From positions 1 through 39,783 of the IMG/VR virus record IMGVR_UViG_3300025575_000008: 39,783 nucleotides of DNA. One strand, given 5' to 3'. The notes under the pieces were generated by a model. The model was not told the origin of the DNA, did not search any database, and worked only from the letters and a program-made list of their open reading frames with translations. Of this stretch, positions 5,796 to 15,294 are shown piece by piece; position 1 is the stretch's first letter; the number at the start of each line of letters is the position of its first letter. This stretch comes from a virus. Taxonomy: Duplodnaviria > Caudoviricetes. The position numbers were made by a program, and so were the translations under genes.

Positions 5796-6143
5796 TTACC
5801 CAATTTGGCTTTGACCCGCCGCGGTAGTGCTTTTAGTGGCTTTAAGTCTTGCAAGCATTAGCAGTTCTTCTTTATTATCTTTGTCACATACTTGATAACA
5901 TTCAATAAGTTCTTTGACATCCGCGGTCATAGACACTTCTTGACGTTTTGTGTTATTTATTTCTTCAATAGAAACATTCAAAAACTTGCAAACTAATAAA
6001 ACAGTATCAACACTTGTACCGCCTAATCCTTTCTTTAGCATACTTACAATAGTTGAATTTGGTATACCACTTACATTTGAAAATTCTCTTACACTTTTGT
6101 ATTTTTCTTTTATTAATAATGTTATTTTATCTTCTCTATTCAT
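5796..6143 (-). CDS. XRE-family HTH repressor (CI-like)
   Basis: SVREFSNVSGIPNSTIVSMLKKG...VCKFLNVSIEEI; divergent from the Cro-like gene. Confidence 0.85.
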   Translation of the reverse strand: MNREDKITLLIKEKYKSVREFSNVSGIPNSTIVSMLKKGLGGTSVDTVLLVCKFLNVSIEEINNTKRQEVSMTADVKELIECYQVCDKDNKEELLMLARLKATKSTTAAGQSQIG

Positions 6144-6165
6144 TTAATTACCGCCTTTGTTTGGA

Positions 6166-6288
6166 ATTATAATATAGGTTTTCCAAATATGCAATAAATA
6201 TTTATGATATATCGCAAATATATTTTAAAAAGTAGTTGACTTTGTGCGAAATATCAATTATTATGTATGTAGTGAACGAAATATCGCA
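6166..6288. promoter_or_regulatory. Lysis/lysogeny switch: divergent promoters and three operator-like sites
   Basis: Minus TTGCAT(6194-6189)-17-TATAAT(6171-6166); plus TTGACT(6236-6241)-17-TATTAT(6259-6264); imperfect TGCGA-N4-TCGCA palindromes at 6203-6216, 6245-6258 and 6275-6288. Confidence 0.75.
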
Positions 6289-6313
6289 CAAAATGTAAAA
6301 AGGGGGTTATAAA

Positions 6314-6526
6314 TTGAGATATTCAAATCTACTCGCGGAAATGGCAAGAAATCAAATCGCACAGCAAGACATTGCGATATTGTTAGGCAAAACGGTATCC
6401 ACCGTAAATACCAAAATCAATGGGAAATATCCTTTTACTTTAGATGAAGCAATGAAGATACAGGAAAATTTATTTAAAGATAAAGATATTCCATATTTAT
6501 TCGAAAAGCAAGAGCAAGCCAGTTAA
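6314..6526 (+). CDS. Cro-like XRE HTH regulator
   Basis: NLLAEMARNQIAQQDIAILLGKTVSTVNTKINGKYPFTLDEA. Confidence 0.88.
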   Translation: MRYSNLLAEMARNQIAQQDIAILLGKTVSTVNTKINGKYPFTLDEAMKIQENLFKDKDIPYLFEKQEQAS

Positions 6527-6602
6527 AAGAAAATGCACCTCCAAAGGAGATGCAAAATAAATCAATGTGCTAATTATAGCACGGAAAGCGAGGTTGTGTC
6601 AA

Positions 6603-7334
6603 ATGAATCAATTAATAAATATTACGAATGAAAACGGAAAGAAAGCTTTGTCAGCAAGGGAATTGTACTTAGGTCTAGGATTGAATAAGGCGGTTTGGTC
6701 TAGATGGTATCAATCTAATATTACCGAAAATGGATATTTTTTAGAAAATGCAGATTGGGTAGGGGTTCAACATGATGTAGAGGGTAATGAAACAATGGAT
6801 TTTGCTATATCAATAGATTTTGCTAAACATATCGCAATGATGGCAAGAACAGAAAAGTCGCATGAGTATAGAAATTATTTTTTAGAATGTGAAAAAGAAG
6901 TCACCAGATTAAAACCAATGACACAAATGGAACTAACCGCAGCAATAGCACAAAACCAAGTTGAAATGGAACGCAAGGTTATTGCTCTTGATACCAAAAT
7001 TACAAATGCACTTGATGTTTTTACTACACCTTTAAAAGACGACTGGAGACACGAAATGAACGAGAAAGTAAACCAAATGTGTATTGAACATTCTTTGAGT
7101 TATTTGCAGTTTAGGCATGACATTTACGCCGAACTCGAAAGCACAGCAAGGGTTGATTTACACAGTAGGCAGTTAAGGCTAAAAGCAAGATTGAAAAAAG
7201 AGGGTGCTACATTTAAAGACTGCCAGGCAATTTCAAAGATCGACATTATTGAACGTGACCCGAAACTTAAACCTATTTTTGAGGGAATTGTCCGTAAGTA
7301 CCAAGCTAAATATGCAGTTAGGCAAGCGATTTAA
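6603..7334 (+). CDS. Antirepressor, AntA/AntB family (start probably 6603)
   Basis: LSARELYLGLG...ENADW...DFAISIDFAKHIAMMARTEKSHEYRNYFLECEK. Confidence 0.88.
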   Translation: MNQLINITNENGKKALSARELYLGLGLNKAVWSRWYQSNITENGYFLENADWVGVQHDVEGNETMDFAISIDFAKHIAMMARTEKSHEYRNYFLECEKEVTRLKPMTQMELTAAIAQNQVEMERKVIALDTKITNALDVFTTPLKDDWRHEMNEKVNQMCIEHSLSYLQFRHDIYAELESTARVDLHSRQLRLKARLKKEGATFKDCQAISKIDIIERDPKLKPIFEGIVRKYQAKYAVRQAI

Positions 7335-7619
7335 ATGAAAAAAGTTTGGAACGAATTTCGTTGAGAATGAATTAACCCGGTCGGAATGTCCCAGTTGAAA
7401 TCAAAGCGGTAAACATTACCGAGTTGAAATCAATGTGTAAATTTTACACAAAGGCAAAATGTTAAATGTAGCCTAATTGAAGCAATATTGATAAGGAGGT
7501 CAAATCCGTGAAAAGCTTATGTTATTGGCTCCGCAATCGCAGGGCAATGAGGGAGAAAGCAGCTAAGAGAATGTATTTTGTTAGATTCGATATTAAATTA
7601 TTAGGAGGTCAAAGAAGTT

Positions 7620-8045
7620 ATGAGAAAAGGAACAAAAGTAATTTTAGTTGATGGAAGTTGGAGTATACAAGTTGAAGACGGACAGCTAAAAAGCGCTGGT
7701 GATATTGTGAAGGGATTTACTCCAAATTTTATTAAATATGAAATAGTTGAAACAGATTTAAAACTACCATTCGTAAGTCATGGAATCGAAGGGAAATGGA
7801 ATGACACAATCATCAAAAATATTGCAACTGGGAAATTGATATTTACACAAATGAGATTTATAAGAGAAGTCAAACCAATTGCAGTTAATTTTCTAACAGC
7901 ATTTAACCAAACAAAGCGAGTAAAGCCGGTTATCCCATATAGCAAGTACAGTTCCCATGATTGTTATTTAAAACCCATAGAGTGGCTTGAAGATATGTGT
8001 TTATCTATAGATGAATTAAACGGTATGTGGTTAATCGAAGAATAA
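7620..8045 (+). CDS. Hypothetical early protein
   Basis: 141-aa ORF, RBS AGGAGG. Confidence 0.7.
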   Translation: MRKGTKVILVDGSWSIQVEDGQLKSAGDIVKGFTPNFIKYEIVETDLKLPFVSHGIEGKWNDTIIKNIATGKLIFTQMRFIREVKPIAVNFLTAFNQTKRVKPVIPYSKYSSHDCYLKPIEWLEDMCLSIDELNGMWLIEE

Positions 8046-8069
8046 GGCACAAGTAAAGGAGGGGTAGCC

Positions 8070-8198
8070 ATGATAGCAGTAGCATTATTTCTAATAGCAG
8101 CAGGATTGATTATTTTTATCCTTCATCCACTAATCGAAAAATGGATTGATGTCGGAATAAAGCAGTTTGAAAATAGAAAAAGCTACTCGTCAAAGTAG
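8070..8198 (+). CDS. Small membrane protein (42 aa)
   Basis: RBS AAGGAGG; MIAVALFLIAAGLIIFILHP... Confidence 0.55.
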   Translation: MIAVALFLIAAGLIIFILHPLIEKWIDVGIKQFENRKSYSSK

Positions 8199-8250
8199 CT
8201 AGATAAAATGTATCGCTCTTAGAATATAGGAGCATGGAGGGAATGTCAAG

Positions 8251-8457
8251 ATGAAAGTTTCAAAAGAGGAAGCACAGAAAGCTTGGAACATAGTAGCGAG
8301 GTATTTGAATCAACAGGCTCAGTTAAGTTATCACATTGACCCATGGAATAACAAGAACGCAAATAGGTACACAGTGAATTATATCAAAGATAATAAAACC
8401 ATAGATTTATTCGTTGCAAGTGCAAGATGGAGAATTGATAAAACAAATAACGTTTAA
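8251..8457 (+). CDS. Hypothetical protein
   Basis: 68-aa ORF, RBS GGAGG. Confidence 0.6.
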   Translation: MKVSKEEAQKAWNIVARYLNQQAQLSYHIDPWNNKNANRYTVNYIKDNKTIDLFVASARWRIDKTNNV

Positions 8458-8578
8458 CCTTTCCTCTCCTGCTTTTATATAAATTTTCTGTATTGTATTT
8501 GCTTCACGAAATGTCAGGCAAAACGTCCGTTTAGAGCGTAAGCACTTACAATGCAGTTTAAAAAAGGAGTTACAAATT

Positions 8579-9040
8579 ATGCAAAAGAAGTCTATCGAAT
8601 ATTTTATTAATGAAAATGGATGCCACATATGTACAAGCCATAGAAAAGATTCAAAAGGTTACCCAAATATGTGGTACAAAGGCAAACACGTATCAGTTTA
8701 TAGATATGTATATGAACAATATAATCAATGCTCAATCTTAAAAAGATGTGGAACTGAATGTATACAAATACGGCACGAATGTGATAACCCAGCCTGTATA
8801 AATCCATTGCACCTATTAGAAGGTACGAGCCATGACAATCATATGGATATGGTTAAACGAGGAAGATGTAACAATGCTAGACCTGATGGAGTTAACTACA
8901 GAAAGAAAAAACTCACATGGGAAAACGTAAGATTTATAAGGGAAAATATTAGAATAACAGGGACTAAACTAGCGGAAATGTTCAATGTGAGCGACACAAC
9001 AATATATGAAATTAGGTTAAACGAAAGATACAAAATTTAG
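8579..9040 (+). CDS. HNH endonuclease (homing type) with C-terminal HTH
   Basis: IRHECDNPACINPLHLLEGTSHDNHMDM; LAEMFNVSDTTIYEI. Confidence 0.9.
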   Translation: MQKKSIEYFINENGCHICTSHRKDSKGYPNMWYKGKHVSVYRYVYEQYNQCSILKRCGTECIQIRHECDNPACINPLHLLEGTSHDNHMDMVKRGRCNNARPDGVNYRKKKLTWENVRFIRENIRITGTKLAEMFNVSDTTIYEIRLNERYKI

Positions 9041-9075
9041 CAGAAGAGGGATTCAATTTTGAAAGGTGTGAGGAT

Positions 9076-9234
9076 ATGAAAAGTTGTAATAATTGTAGCC
9101 ACAGCAAATTAGTGGAACATGGCAAGTTTTACCCAAAAATCGAGGAATACGAACACACAGATTTAGTCTGCAAAATTAGCGGTGATCTGATTGAGAACGA
9201 AAATATAACATGTGAGGAATGGGAGGAAGATTGA
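9076..9234 (+). CDS. Cys-rich microprotein (52 aa)
   Basis: MKSCNNCSHS...LVCKISG...TCEEWEED. Confidence 0.55.
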   Translation: MKSCNNCSHSKLVEHGKFYPKIEEYEHTDLVCKISGDLIENENITCEEWEED

Positions 9235-9235
9235 T

Positions 9236-9487
9236 ATGAGTATAACTAAAACGGAATTTCTTTTAGGAAGAATACTGGAAGAACTTGAAAAAGAAAAGAA
9301 CGGAGAAATCAAAGTTAAGCCATATACCTTTAATGACATTATGAGAAACAAAACAGAAAGAATCAAGTGTACATACAATTTAAATCCAAACTTAGTTGGA
9401 AGGTTGAATAATTATTGTAAGTTAAATAACGAAAATCAATCAGATGTAATAAATAAGTCGCTGTATTACTTTTTGGAGTATAAGTAG
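9236..9487 (+). CDS. Protein with C-terminal RHH-like domain
   Basis: RIKCTYNLNPNLVGRLNNYC...QSDVINKSL; start probably ATG 9236. Confidence 0.55.
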   Translation: MSITKTEFLLGRILEELEKEKNGEIKVKPYTFNDIMRNKTERIKCTYNLNPNLVGRLNNYCKLNNENQSDVINKSLYYFLEYK

Positions 9488-9667
9488 ATGAAATCTAATG
9501 ACTTTATTGTTTTTGAGTTGGCAGACATAGAACACCAAATGGCGGTTCTGATAGCAAGAAAAAAGGAATTATTAGAGATAGTAAAATCAAAGTTTGAACA
9601 GTTGAAAGAAGCTTACCGCAGGGGTGAGATTGATATTGAAGAAATGGCGAAAGAGGTAGAGTTATGA
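9488..9667 (+). CDS. Hypothetical coiled-coil protein (59 aa)
   Basis: Fills the gap; stop overlaps the erf start (ATGA). Confidence 0.55.
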   Translation: MKSNDFIVFELADIEHQMAVLIARKKELLEIVKSKFEQLKEAYRRGEIDIEEMAKEVEL

Positions 9668-10386
9668 ATATTTATGAGAAATTAGCAGAAGTTCAATCGA
9701 AGTTAAAAGTAAGCAAAGACAATTTTAACGCATTTGGTAAGTACAAATACAGAAGCTGTGAGGATATTTTAGAGGGTGTCAAGCCGTTATTGAAAGAGAT
9801 TAAAGCGGTTGTAATTCTTGGGGACAAAGTTGAACAGATAGGAGATAGATTTTACATCAAGGCTACTGCTACATTTTTTGACATCGAAAAACCATCAGAC
9901 ATATGTATTGTTGTTGACGCTTATGCAAGAGAAGATTTGGATAAAAAAGGCATGGATTTAGCACAGGTGACAGGTAGTGTGTCGAGTTATGCAAGGAAAT
10001 ACGCTTTAAATGGTTTGTTCTGCATTGATGATACAAAAGATAGTGATGCACTAAATAAACACGAGGATATACCTACAACCGTTTCACCTATAAAGACAGT
10101 AAATAAACCAACTATCACAGATAGCAAGCCTACAGCCCCAACTACGTTTGAAAACAAGTGCCATGATTGCGACCATACTATAACAGCTACAACAAAAAGG
10201 ACGGTTGAAGAAATAATTGCAGGAAGTTTGAAATATTACAAAGTAAAATTATGCAGTAAATGTTCAAGTAAAAGATTCACAGATAAACAAAAACCACCTG
10301 AACCACCAAAAAATACAGATCCTTTAGTTTGCCAAGTTTGTGATATGCCTTTGAGTATGTGTTGTTGTTTGCCTGAATCGTTTTGA
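9664..10386 (+). CDS. erf: ERF-family single-strand annealing protein with C-terminal Zn-finger motifs
   Basis: FGKYKYRSCEDIL, AQVTGSVSSYARKYALNGLFCIDDTKDSD. Confidence 0.92.
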   Translation: MNIYEKLAEVQSKLKVSKDNFNAFGKYKYRSCEDILEGVKPLLKEIKAVVILGDKVEQIGDRFYIKATATFFDIEKPSDICIVVDAYAREDLDKKGMDLAQVTGSVSSYARKYALNGLFCIDDTKDSDALNKHEDIPTTVSPIKTVNKPTITDSKPTAPTTFENKCHDCDHTITATTKRTVEEIIAGSLKYYKVKLCSKCSSKRFTDKQKPPEPPKNTDPLVCQVCDMPLSMCCCLPESF

Positions 10387-10727
10387 ATGGCATCGGATTT
10401 CCAAAAACGAAATTTAAACGAGTAAAAGACAAAATAACAAAAATACAAATGCAGCATCAAAAAGAATGTTGGTGTTGCTCCAGGGTGGATGGCTTGCAAT
10501 TGCATCATGTGTTCGGTGGGAATGCGAATAGAAGCATGAGTGATAAGTATGGGCTAACAGCTTATTTGTGCTTAGAACACCACACAGGAAGTCAGGGAGT
10601 CCACTTCAATTTAGAGTTGAGAGAGCAGTTGCAAGAAGTAGCAAAAGAAATATTTATAGAACGATACGGAGAAGATTTGTTCCATCAAGAATTTAGGGGG
10701 ATTTTTATATGCAGGACTTACAAATAG
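10383..10727 (+). CDS. His-Me finger/HNH-like nuclease (Ref/DUF968-like)
   Basis: CWCC...LHHVFGG...LCLEHHTGSQGVH. Confidence 0.65.
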   Translation: MNGIGFPKTKFKRVKDKITKIQMQHQKECWCCSRVDGLQLHHVFGGNANRSMSDKYGLTAYLCLEHHTGSQGVHFNLELREQLQEVAKEIFIERYGEDLFHQEFRGIFICRTYK

Positions 10728-11041
10728 AAATGTCACAGACAAGAAAAACATTGAATGAGTGCCTTTTATTTTACAAGAATAATGGCATCAAAAAAGCAGA
10801 ATCTGAAATGAAATATAACATAGCGAGACGTATAGAGTTTTTAAGGTTACACGTTGAAGATAAGGTTGCATGGACCGCCTGTAATGATCTTGCGAAAGGC
10901 GAGCCTAATGTTGCTAAATTACGCTTTGAACGTGACTTAAGAAAGTCAGATTATGAGTGCTGCTTAGAAAAAATACTACAGCTTAAAGTAGAACTTAGGA
11001 TAATTGAAAATGAAATGATGGCTGAACGAAAAGGAATGTAA
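10709..11041 (+). CDS. Hypothetical helical phage protein
   Basis: 110-aa ORF in the recombination module. Confidence 0.65.
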   Translation: MQDLQIEMSQTRKTLNECLLFYKNNGIKKAESEMKYNIARRIEFLRLHVEDKVAWTACNDLAKGEPNVAKLRFERDLRKSDYECCLEKILQLKVELRIIENEMMAERKGM

Positions 11042-11094
11042 ACGAATTACTACAGCTTAACAGTAAGTGGAAAAACTAAAAGGAGGATATTGAT

Positions 11095-11349
11095 TTGAAA
11101 CTTGAATTAATGCGTACAGATGAACAGTTTAAACAAATTCAAAAAGGTGACTTAATACTTGTTAAGTGGAACAATTATTTTGTGAAACATACGCCTAAAT
11201 CTAAAATCGTCATGTTTTATAATGTTTTTGATAATAAAGAATCTCACAATGAAATCATATGCCAAAGGAAAGGCAACCACTATTTTAATTATTTAGTGTA
11301 TTTGCAAGGGGAAAGTTCCGCTAAAGAAGTTTATAAAATATTGGAGTAA
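11095..11349 (+). CDS. Hypothetical protein
   Basis: 84 aa, RBS AGGAGG, TTG start. Confidence 0.65.
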   Translation: MKLELMRTDEQFKQIQKGDLILVKWNNYFVKHTPKSKIVMFYNVFDNKESHNEIICQRKGNHYFNYLVYLQGESSAKEVYKILE

Positions 11350-11367
11350 AAGGAGGGGGCTACTCAA

Positions 11368-11520
11368 ATGACAAAACAATTCACAGCCGATCTACAGTAC
11401 GCATTTGAGAACGTAAACAAAATACCAGTCGAGGACTTACTACCGTATATACGCAGAAACATGCAAGAGTTGCTAGTGCTTGCAGGAGATAACGAGGATT
11501 GCTTTGAGGATATGGCATAG
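11368..11520 (+). CDS. Hypothetical protein (50 aa)
   Basis: RBS AAGGAGG; MTKQFTADLQYAFENV... Confidence 0.55.
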   Translation: MTKQFTADLQYAFENVNKIPVEDLLPYIRRNMQELLVLAGDNEDCFEDMA

Positions 11521-11551
11521 AGAAAAGGTCAATAAAGGGTAGGTGAAGTAG

Positions 11552-12292
11552 GTGTCAGTACAAAAAGAGAACGGATATACACCAATTGCAAATGAAATAC
11601 TTGAAAAAATAGCACAAATAAAATTAAGTCCTACTCAATACCGTATTATATTTATTATTTGGCGGTACACATATGGGTTTAATAGAAAGACTCATGACTT
11701 ATCATTAAGCTTTATATCTAAAGCAATAGGATGCGATAAAAGACAAATACAAAGAGAATTGAAAAATTTAGAAGAAAGGAAAGTAGTTAAACAAGATATA
11801 ACAAATGGTAAAAGTAGGTATATAAGTTTCAATAAACATTATTATCAATGGGTTGGTGAAATTAACATTGGTGAAACAACCATTGGTGAAATAGACAATG
11901 GTGAAATAGACAATGGTGAAATAGACAATGGTGAAACAGTCAAAGGTCCATTGGTGAAACAGTCAAAGGTAACCATTGGTGAAACAGACAACCAAGAAAG
12001 ACATTCTTTTAAAGACAATATTAAAGACAATATATTATATCCGTATTTGAAAGAAGTTAAGGGTTACCCATATGACAACGACATTGATGCTGAAATGATG
12101 AAACGGTTAAAAGATAAATACCCTAAATTAGATATTGAATCGGTAATAGATGATTGGTCAATAGCCAAACTAGGAAAACCTTTAAAAGCTAAAGACAATC
12201 CGAGAAGTCAGATAAATACATTCTGTACTAATGCGGTTAAATGGGGAAATCACATTAAAGAAGTTGGAAGATATGATGGAATAAAATTATGA
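11552..12292 (+). CDS. Phage replication initiator, lambda-O-like N-terminus
   Basis: ENGYTPIANEILE...IIWRYTYGFNRK; internal iterons. Confidence 0.9.
   Translation: MSVQKENGYTPIANEILEKIAQIKLSPTQYRIIFIIWRYTYGFNRKTHDLSLSFISKAIGCDKRQIQRELKNLEERKVVKQDITNGKSRYISFNKHYYQWVGEINIGETTIGEIDNGEIDNGEIDNGETVKGPLVKQSKVTIGETDNQERHSFKDNIKDNILYPYLKEVKGYPYDNDIDAEMMKRLKDKYPKLDIESVIDDWSIAKLGKPLKAKDNPRSQINTFCTNAVKWGNHIKEVGRYDGIKL
11853..11990 (+). repeat. Iteron array, lytic origin
   Basis: Eight copies of TGGTGAAA in about 15-bp units (e.g. ATGGTGAAATAGACA), followed by an AT-rich duplicated TAAAGACAATAT. Confidence 0.88.
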
Positions 12293-12293
12293 G

Positions 12294-14057
12294 GTGAAAA
12301 ATTTGGATATACATACATTTGCAAGAAGACATTTAGGACAGTACAAAGTTAAAGGTGATGAAATAATACCTACATTATGTCCAATATGCCATGGGGGAAC
12401 GCACCACGATAAAGAAACATTTGCTCTTAACATAACAAAGCAAACTTATAATTGCCGTAGAGGGTCCTGCAATAGCCAAGGACATTATACACAGTTATGT
12501 AAAGAGTTCGGAGAAGAAGCGGACCGAGATTTTGATACATATAAACCGGTAAGGACCTTCAAAAAACCACAAACTACAGTAAAGGTAGCTACAAACAAAG
12601 TAGAGGAATATTTAAAAATTAGAAAGATAAGCAAGGCAACAATTGATAAGCTGCAAGTTGGCTGTGATGAAAAAGGAAATATAGTGTTTCCATACTTTGA
12701 AAATGGCGAAATGGTATTTGTAAAATTTAGACCGAGTAAGAAAGTGGAGAAGGGTGAGCGGAAAGCATGGAGGGAAGAAGGTGGCAAACCTATTTTATGG
12801 GGAATGGACCTTTGCACATCTGATAAACCGTTAATCATAACTGAGGGAGAGATTGACACATTAAGCTGTTATGAAGCAGGACTAGAAAATATAGTGTCTG
12901 TTCCGAGTGGATCCGAAGATTTTACATGGGTTGAGTTATGCTGGGATTGGCTGAAACAATTTAGAGAAATTATCATATTTGGTGATAATGATGATCCTGG
13001 AAAAGAAATGGTCCGTAAGTTGAGTTTGAAATTATCAGATTTTACGGTAAGTATTGTGGACCACAAATACAAAGATGCAAACGAGCTACTTTATAAAGAA
13101 GGACCAGAAGCGGTATTAAAAGCAGTTGATACAGCAAAAGAAATACCAACAAGTGGAATACTAGACATGGCTGATGTTGTACCACTGGACCTTACAAAAT
13201 TGCAAGTAGTACCAAGCGGAATACAGGCACTTGATGCAGCAACAGGTGGATTTATGATGGGTGACTTATCAGTATGGACCGGGAAAAGGGGAGAAGGAAA
13301 GTCAACACTACTCTCGCAAATGATGATTGAATCAGTGCAGGCAGGACAAAAAGTGTGCTGCTATAGTGGAGAAATGAGAGCGGACCGTTTCCAATATTGG
13401 AGCCACTTACAAATGGCAGGGAAAACAAATATTAAAACATACTTTGATAAATCGAGAGGTAAAGATACTTATTTCGTAGAGAAAGAAATTGTTGCAGCTA
13501 TGAAAACATGGTACAGAGGTAAATTTTATCTTTACGATAACAATGTAGTTGAAAAATCCGAAGAGTCCAGCATATTAAAAATATTCACTTATGCAGTTAA
13601 AAAATACGATTGCAAAGTATTTCTAATAGATAATCTAATGACTGCGAGATTTGGAAGTGGTGGAGAATCAGATTTTTATAGACAACAAAGTAATTTCGTA
13701 AGGGACCTTGTGGAATTTGCAGGAAAATACAATGTTCATATTCACTTAGTAGCACACCCAAAAAAAACAAAAGGTGGATTAGAAAATGATGATATAAGCG
13801 GAGCAAGTGAAATAACGAATCTAGCACACAATGTTTTTTCAGTTGAGAGAATAGAAGAAGGTAAAGGTTATGATGTGGCAGTTAAGATATTAAAGCATAG
13901 GTGGGAAGGTGCAAAAGATACCGTAGGATTAGGATATTGTCCAGTGAGTAGAAGATTATACCAACCGAGCAGTTTTAATATGAAGTGCTACGGATGGGAA
14001 AGCACAGAAAATTATAAAAAGATAGAAACAATAAAAGACCTTGAATGCCCATTTTAA
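12294..14057 (+). CDS. Primase-helicase, T7 gp4/Twinkle-like (Zn finger, TOPRIM, SF4 helicase)
   Basis: CPIC...CRRGSC; IITEGEID, GDNDDPG, KDANE; Walker A GKRGEGKST; LIDNL; LVAHPKK; DISGASEI. Confidence 0.93.
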   Translation: MKNLDIHTFARRHLGQYKVKGDEIIPTLCPICHGGTHHDKETFALNITKQTYNCRRGSCNSQGHYTQLCKEFGEEADRDFDTYKPVRTFKKPQTTVKVATNKVEEYLKIRKISKATIDKLQVGCDEKGNIVFPYFENGEMVFVKFRPSKKVEKGERKAWREEGGKPILWGMDLCTSDKPLIITEGEIDTLSCYEAGLENIVSVPSGSEDFTWVELCWDWLKQFREIIIFGDNDDPGKEMVRKLSLKLSDFTVSIVDHKYKDANELLYKEGPEAVLKAVDTAKEIPTSGILDMADVVPLDLTKLQVVPSGIQALDAATGGFMMGDLSVWTGKRGEGKSTLLSQMMIESVQAGQKVCCYSGEMRADRFQYWSHLQMAGKTNIKTYFDKSRGKDTYFVEKEIVAAMKTWYRGKFYLYDNNVVEKSEESSILKIFTYAVKKYDCKVFLIDNLMTARFGSGGESDFYRQQSNFVRDLVEFAGKYNVHIHLVAHPKKTKGGLENDDISGASEITNLAHNVFSVERIEEGKGYDVAVKILKHRWEGAKDTVGLGYCPVSRRLYQPSSFNMKCYGWESTENYKKIETIKDLECPF

Positions 14058-14069
14058 AGGAGGATAAAC

Positions 14070-14303
14070 ATGGATGAATTAGAAATAAGAGGACACAAAC
14101 AGCAATATAACGAGTATTTGAAAAGGCATTACAAAGCATCTGTAGTTTTAGATGATAATAAGATACCTTTCGGACAGCGTGAGAAGTGGATTCCAAATTA
14201 TCAGAGGGTGTTAAATGAATTGAATTTTATACTTAATTTATTTGATACCGACAGGGTTAAATATACATCGGATGAAGTGTTTGGGGGATTTGATGTGCAA
14301 TGA
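14070..14303 (+). CDS. Hypothetical protein
   Basis: 77 aa, RBS AAGGAGG. Confidence 0.65.
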   Translation: MDELEIRGHKQQYNEYLKRHYKASVVLDDNKIPFGQREKWIPNYQRVLNELNFILNLFDTDRVKYTSDEVFGGFDVQ

Positions 14304-14405
14304 CAATAAAAATTGAATCGTTTATGAAGTTGAGAGACAAAGAAAAACTACTAATTTTAAGAGAAGTGGCAAAGGGGAAAATAAAAATAGTGGAGGGGTG
14401 AGAGT

Positions 14406-15290
14406 ATGAGAGTTGGTTTAATTGACGTGGACGGATATTCTAATTTTCCCAATCTTGCTTTGATGAAAATATCAGCATACCACAAACAGCAAGGTGACCA
14501 AGTTGAGTGGGGAATACCAATGTTGAGTTATGACATTGTATATCAATCAAAAGTGTTTGATACTTCACCTGATTTTGATACTTACATCAATGCAGATCAG
14601 ATTATAAAAGGTGGCAGGGCCTACGATAAAAAACAAGTATTACCACAAGAAATAGAGACATTGTGTCCTGATTATTCGCTTTATAATATCAAAAATGAAG
14701 CATATGGATATTTGACAAGGGGTTGTCCGAGAGGTTGTCCGTTCTGTGATGTAGTCAATATCGAAGGTAATAAAAGTTATAAGGTAGCAGATTTGAACCA
14801 ATTCTGGAAAGGTGAGACATCAATAAAGCTTTTGGATCCAAATACATTGGCTTGCAAAGATAGGTTAGAATTACTTGACCAACTGATTGATAGTAAAGCT
14901 TGGGTGGATTTTACACAAGGGTTAGACATTAGATTTATGGCTGATGAAGTGATTGAGAAAATAAAACAAATTAGAATTAAAATGATCCATTTTGCTTGGG
15001 ATGGCGAAAGAGACACAACATTAATACTTAAAAACTTAGAACATTTTAAAAAAGAAACTAATATTGATTCGAGAAAATTAAGGGTTTATGTATTAACCAA
15101 TTATGAAACTGAACACAGCTTTGACTTAGAAAGAATTTACAAGTTAAAAGAGTTAGGTTATGACCCTTATGTGATGGTATTTGATAAAGATCACGCACCA
15201 AAACAAACAAAAAAGCTGCAACGCTGGGTAAACAATAAATTTATTTTTAGGGTGTGTGAAAGATTTGAAGATTACGGAAAGGTGGGGTGA
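14406..15290 (+). CDS. Radical SAM protein
   Basis: CxxxCxxC motif in TRGCPRGCPFC; FPNLALMKIS; FTQGLDIR. Confidence 0.9.
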   Translation: MRVGLIDVDGYSNFPNLALMKISAYHKQQGDQVEWGIPMLSYDIVYQSKVFDTSPDFDTYINADQIIKGGRAYDKKQVLPQEIETLCPDYSLYNIKNEAYGYLTRGCPRGCPFCDVVNIEGNKSYKVADLNQFWKGETSIKLLDPNTLACKDRLELLDQLIDSKAWVDFTQGLDIRFMADEVIEKIKQIRIKMIHFAWDGERDTTLILKNLEHFKKETNIDSRKLRVYVLTNYETEHSFDLERIYKLKELGYDPYVMVFDKDHAPKQTKKLQRWVNNKFIFRVCERFEDYGKVG

Positions 15291-15294
15291 GTAA

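Noticed and set aside
7335-7470. Short ORFs and an AGTTGAAATCAA direct repeat after the antirepressor
   Set aside because: Stops occur in all frames and there is no clear RBS; probably a decayed gene, with too little evidence to call.
8458-9060. Group I intron carrying the HNH gene
   Set aside because: No interrupted host gene and no recognisable intron core; the HNH appears free-standing.
11853-11990. CRISPR or mini-CRISPR array
   Set aside because: Tandem 15-bp units without unique spacers inside the initiator gene are iterons; no cas genes are present.
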